Shown here one piece after another: positions 1 through 15,999 of a stretch of DNA of 64,000 nucleotides. The DNA is from the human T2T-CHM13v2.0 reference genome, Homo sapiens. Position numbers and translations under genes: made by a program. Where the stretch lies: NCBI RefSeq assembly GCF_009914755.1, contig NC_060935.1. One strand, 5' to 3'. The notes under the pieces are model-generated. The model made no database searches, was not told where the DNA came from, and saw nothing but the letters and a program-made list of their open reading frames with translations. Each line of letters starts with the position of its first letter. The first letter of the stretch is position 1.

Positions 1-289
1 AAATAGAGACAAGCTTCTCACCATCTTCTCATTAATATCTGGCTTAATGACTTCTCTATTCTGTTAATGAACCTAGGAAACATGCTGATCAGCACTGGTT
101 CTCTTAAGAGGTTCTTTGTTGGAGTAATTGTTCCTGACAACCTTACTTTTATTAAGAATAACTTGATTTTATTTAACTCTTTATGACAGATTTAGCAAAT
201 TGAAAAAAACTGAAAACTAAGTGCCTGGAAAAGAGAAATGATGCAGATAGCAGAAGTTTAACTTCTTAACAAGCCTCTGCAATATTCTC

Positions 290-1700
290 AAGTAGATTTT
301 TAAAAAAGATATTACATCTATGAGACAGGAATAGACCGCCATAAAAAAAAAGGAATAATCAGGGAACAGAAAGTAGAGCCAAAGGACCAAAAAAAAAGAG
401 CAAAGTGAAAAAAATAAAATGAAAGGATCCATCCAGCAATTCCAATATCTTAATCCAGAAAGAGATTAAAGAGAGAAGGAAAAAAAATCAAAGTAATAAT
501 GTAACAGAATTTCTCAAAATTGAAGAACATTTGTTTCCAGATTTGAAGAATTCACTGAATGCCCAATACAACAAATGCAAACAGACCTAAGTCAAGATAT
601 ATCACTGAAAAGTTTTTAGAACATTTGAGAATAATAGGAAGATTCTAAAAGCTTCCCCAGATTAAAAAAAAATGGGGGTGAAGGCAATCACATTCAATTG
701 GAATCACATCTGACTACTCAGTAGTAACATCATAAGCTAGCTAGAGGGAAATGGAGCATAGCATTCCAACTTCTGAAGGAAAACACACCCAACTTGGAAT
801 TCTATACCTAACCAAAATATCAATCAAATGAAACAGTAAAATAAATACATTTTAATATGCATAAAAGCTCAATGTGTACTTCCCATGTGCCCTTTCTTAG
901 AAAGCACTGGAGAAATGCTCCACCAAAATTAAGGAATAAACTTAGAAAGAAGGAGACATGGGATTCAGGAAACCAGGAATTCAGCAAAGGAGAGAGGAAC
1001 TCCCAAGAGGATGCCAAAAGGAAGTTCCAGTATCACAGTTTTGCACTGGGCCTAGAGAGCTACCAGTCCAAATTGGGTCAAGAAGATAGAAGGCACCAGG
1101 AACAGCTGTCCCCAAGGACAAAAGAAACAGTGAAACTGATTGATAATCTGAAAAGGATGCAGAATTGGACAAAGAGACATTATTGAGAGCTGTAGGGAGG
1201 GTGAGAAAACTTAGCCACAGATGTGAAGAAAGCCAAGCAGATGAAAAAAAAAAAAAAGGCAACTAACTCCAGTTAACATAATAATCATAAAAGAAACAAA
1301 AGTATAGTATACCATTTTGCCTTGGCAGTGAATAATACATGCAAAGGCATAATAATAAAAATGTGAATATGGTGGAGAATGTATTATAACTCTCTGAAGA
1401 TATGCGTGGAGTGAGGAGAAATTATCTGTATGAAGGATTATGTAAAAGAGCTAAATTCTCACTTTTCATAGTTGTGAAAAAATAGTATCTAAAATTGAAA
1501 AAATTAATAGTGCTATAAGCATGTCATTTAGAAATATGAAGGCAAATACCAAATGGAATTACCAAAAGAGTTCAAAATATTTGCCTCTTGAAAAAGGAAA
1601 TTGTAGCAAGATATAAGGCAAAAATTTATTTCGTATTATGTTTTATTTGATTATTTAAGGTAATGCATAATAAAAATAAATGTAAATTTCCAAAAAGAAA
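290..1700 (+). mobile_element. HAL1 / ancient L1 ORF1-like remnant
   Basis: A-rich degenerate ORF1-like text (GAATTCTATACCTAACCAAAATATCAATCAAATG) followed by HAL1-type GGCCTAGAGAGCTACCAGTCCAAATTGG; boundaries approximate. Confidence 0.6.
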
Positions 1701-2529
1701 AAGTCATAGTCTCCACCAAATACTAATTTTTATTAAGACAAATATCCAACAAAGTCATCGATAATATTTATTGTTTTTTAAAGTCATGTATTTTCCTGCT
1801 CTGTAGTTGATTTCAAGCTCTTTATCTTTAATGCCAATCATCCCTATGACAGAGGACATAGCAGTTTTAGATTCTAAATTTTTAATGACTGGGCAAGACT
1901 ATGAAGAAAGTGAATTTTCTGAAAAGTCCTTTGAAATTTCATGGTCAAAATGAGAGAGAACCTTTTGGTTAAAGACTATTGACCCACAAGAAATTGGTTT
2001 AAAATAATACTAATTTACCCAACTGCTAATACATTTTCTTTTAAAGTTTTTACATGTAAAAATTTATCACCAACTATAAATTATGTTTTTTTTTTCATTT
2101 GGGTTGGGACAGGGTAAATTTTTTAGATGATGTGGAAGTTTTTTTAGATATTGAATGAAACACTAGTTGTTTCACTAACTGACCTAAGAAAGTTTCCCTA
2201 GAAAAGTGTGACACTCTAGAGAAAAAGGAAATCTAAATTGAAAAACCAATTAACAGAATTTACATTCTTTTCACAGAATTTTCCAACAATATTCAAGTTT
2301 ATAATCATGATACAGAAAACTAAGCATATAACACATGTTATTGGAAAAAATCCTCTCAACAATAAACAATCTAAAACATATTGCTGAAATGTTCATAAAA
2401 TTTACATTTATAGAACTTTGGACATTTCTGAAAAGCTCTTGAATTATCCACTGCCCACCCCCAAAAGGTGGAGCTATAATCTGAAACCTAGTCTGTGTAT
2501 ACTTTTCTTTATTGTAATTATTATGACTG

Positions 2530-3864
<1,335 letters not shown>

Positions 3865-3929
3865 TACTATCTGTATCAGGAAACATATTAAGTACCTTAT
3901 AACCTTCTCCAATCATCTTCCATTTTTTA

Positions 3930-4285
3930 CCTCCAGGTTCACTTTCCTTTCTTTTCTGTGTTGCTGTGTGCCCTGGAAAACTATCCTATATAGAGTGCTT
4001 CAGTAGGTTTCTTGAGCTCTGGCTTCCAATTAGGTTTGACCGTTAGAGGTACGGGAGGGAGATCATAGGACAGAGGTGAAATAAGTTAGAAATTCATTTC
4101 CCTAGTGCTCTCCTTACCGAATCACTCACTACAGGTTGGCTGCATCCCTCTCTGAAGGTCACAGATTCTGTCAGGCAGCCCTCTCCTTCCTGTTGCTGTC
4201 CAGATCTAGAAGGAGGAGTGCTCCTCCTCTCCATTGCCTGCCCTAAGATACTACATCTTTCCTTGTGGATATTTCTAAAAACCTG
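3930..4285. mobile_element. Ancient ERVL LTR fragment (LTR33-like)
   Basis: CTCTGGCTTCCAATTAGGTTTGACC...GGAGATC and GGTCACAGATTCTGTCAGGCAGCCCTCTC motifs. Confidence 0.5.
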
Positions 4286-4356
4286 GTGTCTTAGTCAGTT
4301 TGGGCTGTTATAACAAAGTACCATAGATTGGGTGGCTTATAAATGAAATTTACTAT

Positions 4357-4977
<621 letters not shown>

Positions 4978-5414
4978 TAGATTGGGTGGCTTATAAATGA
5001 AATTTATTTACTATAGTTCTGTAGGCTGGAAGTCTGAGACTAGAATGCCAGCATGGTGGGTTTCTGGTGGGCCCTCTTATAGACTGCCAACTTCTCATTT
5101 TATCCTCACATGGTGGAAAGAGGGTGAGAGAGCTTTCTGGGGTCTCGTCTACAAGAGTTCTAATCCCATTCATAAGGGCTCCACTCTCATGACCTAATTA
5201 CTTCCCAAAGACCCCGTTTCCTAATACAATCACTTTAGAGGTTAGCACTTCAACATATGAATTTAGGAGGGACACACACAGATTATTGCACCTGCCCATA
5301 CCATTGTAAATAGTTCCAACTCTAATTAGCAGTTTGTTTATGTGGGCCATCTGTTTCCTAGCAAGATCCTTATAAATGCACATACATAATCTCTTTGATT
5401 TATCAAAAAATTTT

Positions 5415-5520
5415 CAAGTATTATCTCCATTTTACAAATTAAGAAACTTAGATTAAGAGAAGCAATTTGCTCAAAATCCAATAGTAAAGCCAAGATTCTA
5501 ACCCAGGTCTAAATGACTGT
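5415..5520 (-). mobile_element. MIR fragment
   Basis: CCATTTTACAAATTAAGAAACT...GATTCTAACCCAGGTCT core. Confidence 0.6.
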
Positions 5521-5924
5521 TGTCTCCTCTATCACATAGTCTCTAGAAACATTTATTCAGACAGTAGATAATCACATTCCCATCCCAAAAAGTTCTCAAA
5601 ATTTGGATTCTTATGGGCTTTCATTACCCTCTCAATAACTTTTCTGGGGATACTGATATATACAGGCCAATAATTGTCAGGTAGGAGTACAGCAGTTACT
5701 AAAGTAGCTGTTTTCTTGATTTTGACCCCTATAAACCCTGACACCAGGCCTACTTCAGTCACAGGGAGGGCCCTGAGAACTCAAGCTAAAAGCTCATTCC
5801 CTTGCCAGGGCAGCCTCTGACCAAAGGAAATAAATCATGCTGCATAGAGTGGTACATAGGTGCCAAGTGAGGGCTCTTTCTCAGATGCCATGAATTCTCC
5901 TTATCATCCATCTATCATCTCTAG

Positions 5925-6254
<330 letters not shown>

Positions 6255-6624
6255 TAAATTGCAGCAGAATTTCCTGAAATCTCCTCCTCTCTTCTCCTTT
6301 ACCCTTCTTCCTGGCCAGTCTCAGGAGGGCCCCACTGAGGAAATACTGTCCCAAGACTGGGCCATCAGATTGTAGGTTATCCTGGAAAAATTGTTCACGG
6401 AGGCTCCATTTTTCTGCCTTTTGGAAGTGGGGCAGGAATGTGGGCAAAAAACAAGGTAGAATAAACAGAGTGATGTTTCTTCAGATTAGTACTGTTAATT
6501 AGATTCTTGCTCTTTCTCTTTTCTTCTGTTAGTCATATCTAAAAGGTAATAAAAGTGGGAGTCCTCATATCACAATGGTCTAATTAATTTTGTCAAAAGT
6601 ATTAACAATAATAAATATAACAAC

Positions 6625-6752
6625 AAAATCTAATTTGTATTGAGTAAGGCCCCATGCTAAGTGCTTTTCAGCTTTACCTAATTTATCCTGTACAACAGTA
6701 ATATAAGCAGGTGTAACAGTCCTTCATTTTTAGATGAAAAAGTTGAGGTTTA
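6625..6752 (-). mobile_element. MIR fragment, split by the L1; continues at about 11480-11575
   Basis: TGCTAAGTGCTTT...CATTTTTAGATGAAAAAGTTGAGG; resumes as GACTTACCCAAAATTTCACAG after the L1. Confidence 0.55.
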
Positions 6753-6754
6753 GG

Positions 6755-9700
6755 TTTATCAGCATGACAGCAGGATTGTGGAACTTCCAGGACTTGTCTC
6801 TTCCCAGAAACATCAATTTGAATAACTGTCCACTCACAAAAATACCTTCATAAGAACCAATAAATCCAGATGGGCAACTATAGCACTTGGGTAAAGCACA
6901 GAAATAAGAAAAGATGAAGAGCATAGGAAGGATAATTTCACATTGCCTTCATCCCTTCTCCCACAAGCCCTAGCAGCACAGCATGAAGACAGAAACCCTC
7001 TGCATGGAGGAAGTAGAGTGAAGTGAGCACCCAACTTTTCCACAGACACCAGTGCCAGCCCTGCCTCCATGAACCAGCCCCCAGAGTCCCAGGCTCCAGT
7101 CCTAGCCCAATCACAGGCTGGCCCCTGCAAACTCAGGCTCGAGGCCCATCCCCAGTGCCAGGGAAGCCTCTGTGGATTCAGGCTCCTCCCAATGAACCCA
7201 GGCTCCAAGCCCACCCACCCACTGACCTAGGCACCAGGCCAGCCCATCAACAACTCTGCCAGTCAGTTCACACAGAATCTATAGACCGACTGAGTGGTGA
7301 AGGGCTTTCCCTGCCAAAGTTAATCAGTAAAGTTTGGAGAAGGTGCCTATGTCTTCCAATGTGTAGATACCAACACAAGGCCACAAGGATCAAGAATAAT
7401 CAGGTAAGCATGACACTACCATTAAAACAAAATGAAGTATCAGTAACTGACCCTAAAGAAATGGAAAGCTACTAACTGTCTGACAAAGAAGTCAAAATAA
7501 TCATCTTAAAGAGGTTCAGTGAACTACATGTGAATACAGATAAACAACTAAATGACATCAGGAAGATAACATGTGAACAAAATTTAAAGTTCAAAAAAGA
7601 ACTAGAAACCATAAAAATGAACCAAACAGAAGAACCAACCAGGAATTCTGAAGCTGAAGAACACAATGACTGAACTGAAATATTCAATAGAGAGCTTTCA
7701 TAGCAGATTCAATTAAGCAGAAGAAAGACTCAGTGAGCTCAAAACAGGTCATTTGAAATAGCCCAGCCAGAGAAAGAATAATAAACAACAAAAGGAATAA
7801 CAAAGAGTGAAGAAAGCCTACAGGACTTATTGGGACACCATCAAGTGAACTAATATATGCATTATGGGCATTCCAGAAGGAACAGAAAAAGAGAAAGGAA
7901 CAGAAAACTTATTTAAATAAATGACAGAAAACTTAACAATTCTGGAAAGGGAAGCAGACGTCCAAATCCATGAAGCCCAAAGAACTCCAAATAGTTTGAC
8001 CAGAAAGAGGTCTTCAGCAAGTCACATTATAATCGATTTGTCAAAAATCAAACAGAGAATTTTGTAAGCAACAACAGGAAAACAACTTGTCACGTAAAAA
8101 GGAACCCCCACACGACTTATCAGTGGATTTCTTAGCGGAAACCTTGTAAGCTGGGAAAGAGAGTGGTGATATATTCAGAGTGCTGAAAGAAAAAAACATC
8201 CAAGAACATTGTACCTGGCAAGGCTGTCCTTCAATAATGGAGAGAGAAGGATTTGCCCAGACAAACGAAAACTGTGAGAGTTTATCACCACTAGACTTAC
8301 CTTACAAGAAAGGCTAAAGGGAGTTCTTTATGCTGAAATAAAAAGACACTTTAGTGAATCATAATTTTATATTTCCTCAGCATCCATTTTAAATATAAGT
8401 TGAAGTTTCTTATACCAGAAGCAGGGCTTAGTCACCCTTAACACGTAGTTTCCAGTTCTCTGCCGTCTCTTAGTTCCTCAGTGTGGTTCATCCAGTTATC
8501 TGTCTTATGCAATTGCTTCTTAGTGACCACTTCCATATGGAACAGCTATTAATAGATGCAACTTATCTGACTTATCCTACTGACCCTCCCACCCCATAGG
8601 AACTGCTCACATATGCTGCAGTGACCACCTCTCAGTCACAGCATCACTCCATGGAACACTTATCTACTTGCTCCAAACTCAGCAATTAGAACTCCTCATG
8701 GAAAACCTGGTTAGGTAGTGCCCCACACCCTGGTAAAGGCTTTGGCCCACAGTTCCCTCTCTTTCTTTTGCTCCCCACTCACTGCTTGAGTGAGAATTTC
8801 CTCAACAGCCCTCTCCTTCCCATTGGCCTGGATTTGTAAGTAATACACTGCTTCCATCATTTCATGGGTTTTGTGGAATTGCCTCCTCTGTGTCTTACTT
8901 GATTGGTGCACCTGAAGCATAAATTTTTTTCTGTTCAGGGCTTTCCTAGAGAGCGGCTATCTTAGTAGAAATAAACAGGACACAGGTCACAAGAGCCATA
9001 AGGGTGTCTGCCTGTATAAAAAAGTTTCCTAGGAGAGAGACACATGATCACAGGTAGGACACTTAAGCATTAGGTCATCCACCAGAATAAAGAAGTATCA
9101 CATGAAAGACACACTGTTAGCATCCATAACCAAATCCCCTGGACCCTCACGGCAGGGCTAGAGTTTATAGCCACTCTCACAAAAGACCTCAAGACCAACC
9201 TAGAAAGAAAAAAATACAAGTTTTTTTATAGATGCTAATTAGTAACATGAAAACATGTAAAAGTATAAAACTCATTGGTAAAAGTGAGTATATTGTCAAA
9301 TCCAGAATACTCTGATACTGTAACAGTGGTATATAAATCATTTATAACTCTAGTATAAAGGCTAAAAGACAAAAATAGTAAAATAACTACAATAATTAGT
9401 TAACTGATATACAATGTAAAAAGATGCCAATTTGTGACATCAAAAGCAAAAAAGGTAGATAGGGAGTAGACGTGTAGAGTTTTTGCATGTAATTGAAGTT
9501 ATTATCAGCTTAAAATAGATTGTTATAACTATAAGGTATTTTATGCAAACCTCATAGTAACTGTAAGACAGAAACCTATAGTTGATACACAAAAGATAAA
9601 GAGAATGGAATCAAAGCATACCATTATAGAAAATAACCAAATTACAAAGAAAGACAGTAAGAGAAGAAAGGGACAAAAGATCTACGAAACAGCCAGAAAA

Positions 9701-11478
9701 CAGGTAACAAAATGGCAATAGTAAGTCTTTACCTATCAATAATTAGCTTGAGTATAAATTGATTAAATGCTTCAATCAAAAGACAAAGGGCAGCTGAATG
9801 GATGAAAAACAAGACCAAACTGTATGCTGCCCACAAAAGACTCACTCACCTTTAAGGACACACATATACTGAAAGTGAAGTGAGGGAAAAAGATATTTCA
9901 TGCAAATGGAAACCAAAAGAAAGCAGGGATAACTATACTTATAGCAGACAAAATAGACTTTAAGTCAAAAACTGTAAAACAGAGACAAAAAGGTCACTAC
10001 ATAATGATAAAGGGGTCATTTCTTCAAAATAATATAACAATTTTAAACACATATGCATCTGATATCAGAGCACCTAAATATGTAAAGTACATATTAATAG
10101 ATCCAAAGGGAGAAAGAGCAATGCAATAATAGTATGGGACTTCAATACCCCACATTTTACAATGGACAGGTAACCAAATAGAAATATAAGGAAATACTGG
10201 ACTTGAACTATAACTTAGACCAAATGGGCCTAACAGATATACAAAACATTTCTCCCAACAGCAGCAGAATACACATTTTTCTCAAGTGCAGGTGAGATAC
10301 TCTCCAGGATAGATCGTATGTCAGGCTACAAACCAAGTCTTAACACATACAAGAATTTGAAATCATATCAAGCATCTCTTCTGACCACAGTGGTATGAAA
10401 CTAGAAATCAGTAACAGGAGGAAAATTGGAAAATTCATAAATTTGTAGAAATTAAACAGCATGCTCCTGAACAACCAAAGGGTCAAAAAAATCTAAATGG
10501 AAATGTTAAGATATCTTGAGACAAACAAAAATGGAAACACAGCATACCAAAATTTATTGGACACACCAGAAGCATTTCTAAGAGTGAGGTTTATAACAAT
10601 AAATGCCTAGATTAAGAAAAAGATCTCAAATAAACAACCTAACTTTATACCTCAAGGAAATAGAAAAAGAACAAAGCCTAAATTCAGTAGAAAGAAGGAA
10701 ACAGCAAAGATCAGAGCAAAAATAAATGAAATAGAAGCTGAAAAGAACAACAGAAAAGATCAGTGAAACTAAGATATTAAAAATTAAACTTAAAAACAGA
10801 ACTAGCACATGATGCCGCAGCCCCACTGTTGGGCATATATCCAAAAGAAATTAAATCAGTATATAGAAGAAATAGCTGCACTGTCATGTTCCTTCCAGCA
10901 TTATTCACAATAATAAGATGTGTCCATTGATGGGTAAATGGATAAAGAAAACGTGGTATATAATATGTATATGTACACACAATGGTATTTTATTCAGCCT
11001 TAAAAAAGAATGAAATCCCGTCATTTCTAACAATATGAATGAACCTAGAGGCCACTTTGCTAAGTGAAATAAGCCAGGCATAGAAGAAAAATGCTGCATC
11101 ATCTTACTTACATTGGGATCTTAAGAAGTTGAACTCATAGATGCAGAGAGTAGAACGGTAGTTGCTAAGAGCTGGGGGTGGAGGAAATAGGGAGATATTG
11201 GTGAAAGAGTACAAAGTCTCAGTTATGCAGCATGATGACTGCAGGTAATAATTCTCGAGTTTATACTTGAAATTTGCTGAGAGTAGATCTTAAATGTTCT
11301 CTCCACACATTCAGCAATAAAGATAACTATGCAAGGTGAGGGATATGTTCATTAGCTTAATATTGGTCATCATTTTCACAATGTATGCATATAACAAAAG
11401 ATCATATTGGACACTGTAAATATATACAGTTTTCATCAATTATGCCTCAGTAAAATTAGAAATGGAAAGAAAGAAAAG
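6755..11478 (+). mobile_element. L1MA (L1MA8/9-like): 5'UTR, ORF1, ORF2 endonuclease, large internal ORF2 deletion, 3'UTR
   Basis: Degenerate ORF1 about 7400-8350; endonuclease motifs (GGGACTTCAATACCCCAC, TCTGACCACAGTGG); 3' end TTGCTGAGAGTAGATCTTAAATGTTCT and A-rich tail. Confidence 0.85.
8350..9220 (+). mobile_element. Solo ERVL LTR (MER54-like) inserted at the end of L1 ORF1
   Basis: Start TTAGTGAATCATAATTTTAT...ATACCAGAAGCAGGGCTTAGTCACCCTT; L1 resumes at GCTAATTAGTAACATGAAAAC. Confidence 0.65.
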
Positions 11479-11851
11479 ACAAGCTTAGACAGACTCAGAG
11501 ACTTACCCAAAATTTCACAGATCAAAACCAAATCTAATTTCAACTTTAGGACATATACTATTATCCACTCTGCCTCATAGCTTCTTGAGATCCTAAGCAG
11601 CTAAGCTGACAGGTTGTGAGAGCCACTCACAGTTCTGACCATTGGTCAGTGGTGTGATTTAGTCATTACAACATTGTACATTTCTGTCTATCCATTTTCA
11701 TATAGCTAATGAAAGATTCAGAAGATCAGCCTGAAATCAGGTAACTGAGCTTCACTGATGGCGGTTAATTCCAACATAAATGCCACAACCAACATATTAA
11801 GCATTGTCTTCTGAAAATACTACTCTTTGAAGGACAATAAAAAAGTGACTT

Positions 11852-12217
<366 letters not shown>

Positions 12218-13469
12218 TTAACATGACTGGTAAAAGGCTTTAAAGCTTATAATAAATCTCAAGTGTACTCCCGAAGGCTCAAAAGAAAAAGGGTGCTTTA
12301 CGAAATTTGCTTCTTTCCATTCTAAGCATTATGTATTGGTTAGACATTAACTTGCAAGGAAATTATTTCACTTGTGTTGTCTTCAAATAAAACTATTATC
12401 ATGCCGAGTACAAAAGTCTGGGTTTTCTCTTGATGCTAAGGACTCATGATCCTCACATGTAAATTTAACTTGATAAGTCCTCTCTATTTCAGGATTTTAA
12501 CATCAAGGTCTAGTTTGGGATTTAATTTGACAGGCTGTACCTGTCAGTTTTTGTATAGTTTACTTTCATCACAGTTCAAAAGGAGTGTGTGAAAGACTTA
12601 CTTGTGGTAAGTAGGTCACCTGAGACACATGTTATGCATGAGGAATCCTGGAATTCCTGCTACCTGGGACACTTTTCATGATTATTCAAGGAGCTTGCTC
12701 ACAATTTAATAACCTTGTTGACAATACCAACCACATTGGGAAAGAATAGTTCCATACTCATTTGGGAAATCTGCTTAAGAGATATAGATTCCCCATAGAA
12801 CTGATCAGAGAAAATAAACACCAACATATATGTGCTTTTTGGTAATAAAAATAAGTGGCATGGAAGTTAGAAAGCTTCCATTCAGGAAAAAGGAGAAGTT
12901 CCAGTTGGAGGACTGCATTCTAGCCCATGCCCTCAGAAGATTTTGAGATAAGAGGTCCTTGGAAAAAGGTACCATTTAAGAAAATGTCACCAACCCATTT
13001 TCTTTAAGACCAGGCTGGTAGCCAATCACATTATGCTTCATTTATAGGATACTGTTCCTGTTAATTTTGTTTTTTAGTGATAACACACAATTGTTCCTCA
13101 TCTGATTTTTCCCTCATAAAACAGCTAAGCATTTTGATCTGACTTTCTCAATAGACTGCATTCATTGTATAATAAATTAGATCAATGATTGATTACTTAA
13201 TAATAGGCCATTGTATTAAGTCAAAGAAGTGAGAAATTGACCAAGAACAGTTCATTTTGTGTATTATAAATGGATACTAATCCATCCATCCTCTATTTAG
13301 GTCTTTGGGTTCCATTACTTATGTCAAGAGGCTATTTACAATCTAACAAGTTTGACCTTATCTCCATTGGTGATCTTTCAAATGTGGCTCTATAAGGAAA
13401 CCAAAATACCTAGAATTACAGGATTTGGCATACTCCAAAACAACATCAGTGACCCATTCAGATTGAGAA

Positions 13470-13665
13470 TTATTTAACATTCACTGTTCTAGGCATCATG
13501 CTTAGTGTTTTCTTATACGTTATCTCATTTAATCTTCACAATAACCCTACAGAAATAAATATTATGATCAATATTTTACAAATGAACAAACTGAGGTTCA
13601 GAGAAGAAGTAAATTCTAAGGCTTAGTAGTCACAAGAACCAAACCCAGGATCCCAATTCCAATCT
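13470..13665 (-). mobile_element. MIR
   Basis: TTATCTCATTTAATCTTCACAATAACCCT...TTTTACAAATGAACAAACTGAGGTTCAGAGA. Confidence 0.75.
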
Positions 13666-13670
13666 GATGA

Positions 13671-14132
<462 letters not shown>

Positions 14133-15179
14133 CTTCTGTGGATTTTAACACTTCTATTCATCTTACCACTTCTGCTGTGTACTTTAGGCTTCTAGCATCA
14201 CCCTTGTGAGTTAAAATATTAATTCATCTCCCAATTCCTCCAAGAAGTCTGATGTAAATTCCAGATTAGGAGGAATTTTTTTTTTTTTTTTTTTTTGGTG
14301 ATATGGTCAGAAATGAAGGGAAAGTGCAGGTACATTTTGGTAACATAAATAGCTCGTCTATTCAGAACAAAACCAAGATGGTTCAACATACAAAATAAGA
14401 TTTTCAAAATCAATCAATAAATATTCATCGATAATTGAGTAATGCGGATGAAGGAAGAACAATAATATATGACTTATATTCTCAATCAATTTGGGAAGAC
14501 AAAACAGTCCAGGTAAAAAGAACAAGTAACAGTGCAAGGCTATGTATCACAAGGGCAAAGGGGACTCAACAACTCAATGCTAGAGGGATTCACAATAAGT
14601 AAAGATTCCTTTGAGGTAGGTTGGTAATGATTTTCAGCGGGGCTGTATAAATGTAAGTCACAACTTCGGTAGTAGAGAGGGTGTATCAGTTCTAAGGAAG
14701 GAGAAAGCAATGGGATTGGAGGACGGTGAGAATACCAACAGAGACATTCCTCGCTCAGTGAGCCTCGAAGGTAAGGTAGGACTTGGAGAGGGCTTCGCTG
14801 GACAGTCCAGAAAACAATGGATGCAATCAATAAGACTCTTAAGTTCAGACATCAGCCTCTGTATTCAGGCAAAGTCCATACCTGCCCCTCATCACACTGT
14901 GGTATTTAGAGGAGAGGCCTAACTTTCCTCAGAAGCCCCCAATGTGTGATTCGCTCTTTCAACTAAGAAGCCTGCTCTAACATTAGGCTGCAGTGCAGAG
15001 ATTTATCAAATTCACCCCTTAGCTTTGTTCAGTCACTTCAGGATGAATCCTGCACATCCAGAGGATCTTTATACTTACTCTCAGGGTTCACACCCTCTCT
15101 TTTAGCACTTTATCTGGAGTTGAAAGAAGCAGCTGTCACTGACTCCATGCCCAGCGTGGAGGTGATCTGTGCTTTAATA

Positions 15180-15268
15180 GCTGAGGTCCCAGTTTGCCTG
15201 GAATAGTCCCAAAGGATTCTGTTGTGCTGAGCATCCACTGTTTTAACAATAAGTTATATAGCCACCCG
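15180..15268. mobile_element. hAT-Blackjack MITE fragment (MER94-like)
   Basis: GTCCCAGTTTGCCTGGAATAGTCCC...AAGTTATATAGCCACCC. Confidence 0.5.
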
Positions 15269-15999
15269 TGTTATAGTCCTAACTACCATTCAACATGAAG
15301 CATGGGCTCAAAGAACCACTTTAGTCCCTTATCTCACAAAACAGATCTACATTTCTGCTGCTGTTCACAGGGACATCATGCCATGGGCCAAAAATCCCCA
15401 CTTCTCCTAGGAGTATGGATTTGAGGAAGGCCTAAAATTATGGGAAACTCATGCTCAATCTAAAACCATTTAAACAGCCACCTGGCTGATGGTAACAGCA
15501 AATTATCCAGACAGTCTGACACTTAACCGTACATCATACTTTTCAAAGAGCACCACTAACACGTCAGTTACTCAGGATTGAGTGCCTGGCATTGCCACCC
15601 AGTGAACCGTTTCCTCTTTACAATGCTCAGAAACGACTTGAAAGGCACATTAAGCAAATATCAGACATAAATGTTACCTTAAGCAAACAATGGGAGGGAA
15701 GAATACAGAATAGGTCAGAAGCAGCCTCCTGCTACACAGCTGTTCCAAGGGCAAACACACTGCAGTGTTCTGGCAGAGTATGCACTCAACAAATGTTAAC
15801 GTCTCCTTTGCCCAGGCTCTAATTGAAAATTCTTTTGCCACTTAAATACATGTTTAATTTAAAGGGCTCTGAGTCAGGTTTCTCCCCTGCTCAGCTCAGA
15901 GACAAAACATGCTGGACAAACAGGCAGGAAGTCCCGCTGAACATCTGTTTCTGGCTGGGGTGACAGTTCAAATAGATCATTTAGAACTCAATTTAAAAT

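Noticed and set aside
7023-7475. 150-aa Pro-rich ORF
   Set aside because: Lies in the L1MA 5'UTR/ORF1 start and has a non-ATG start
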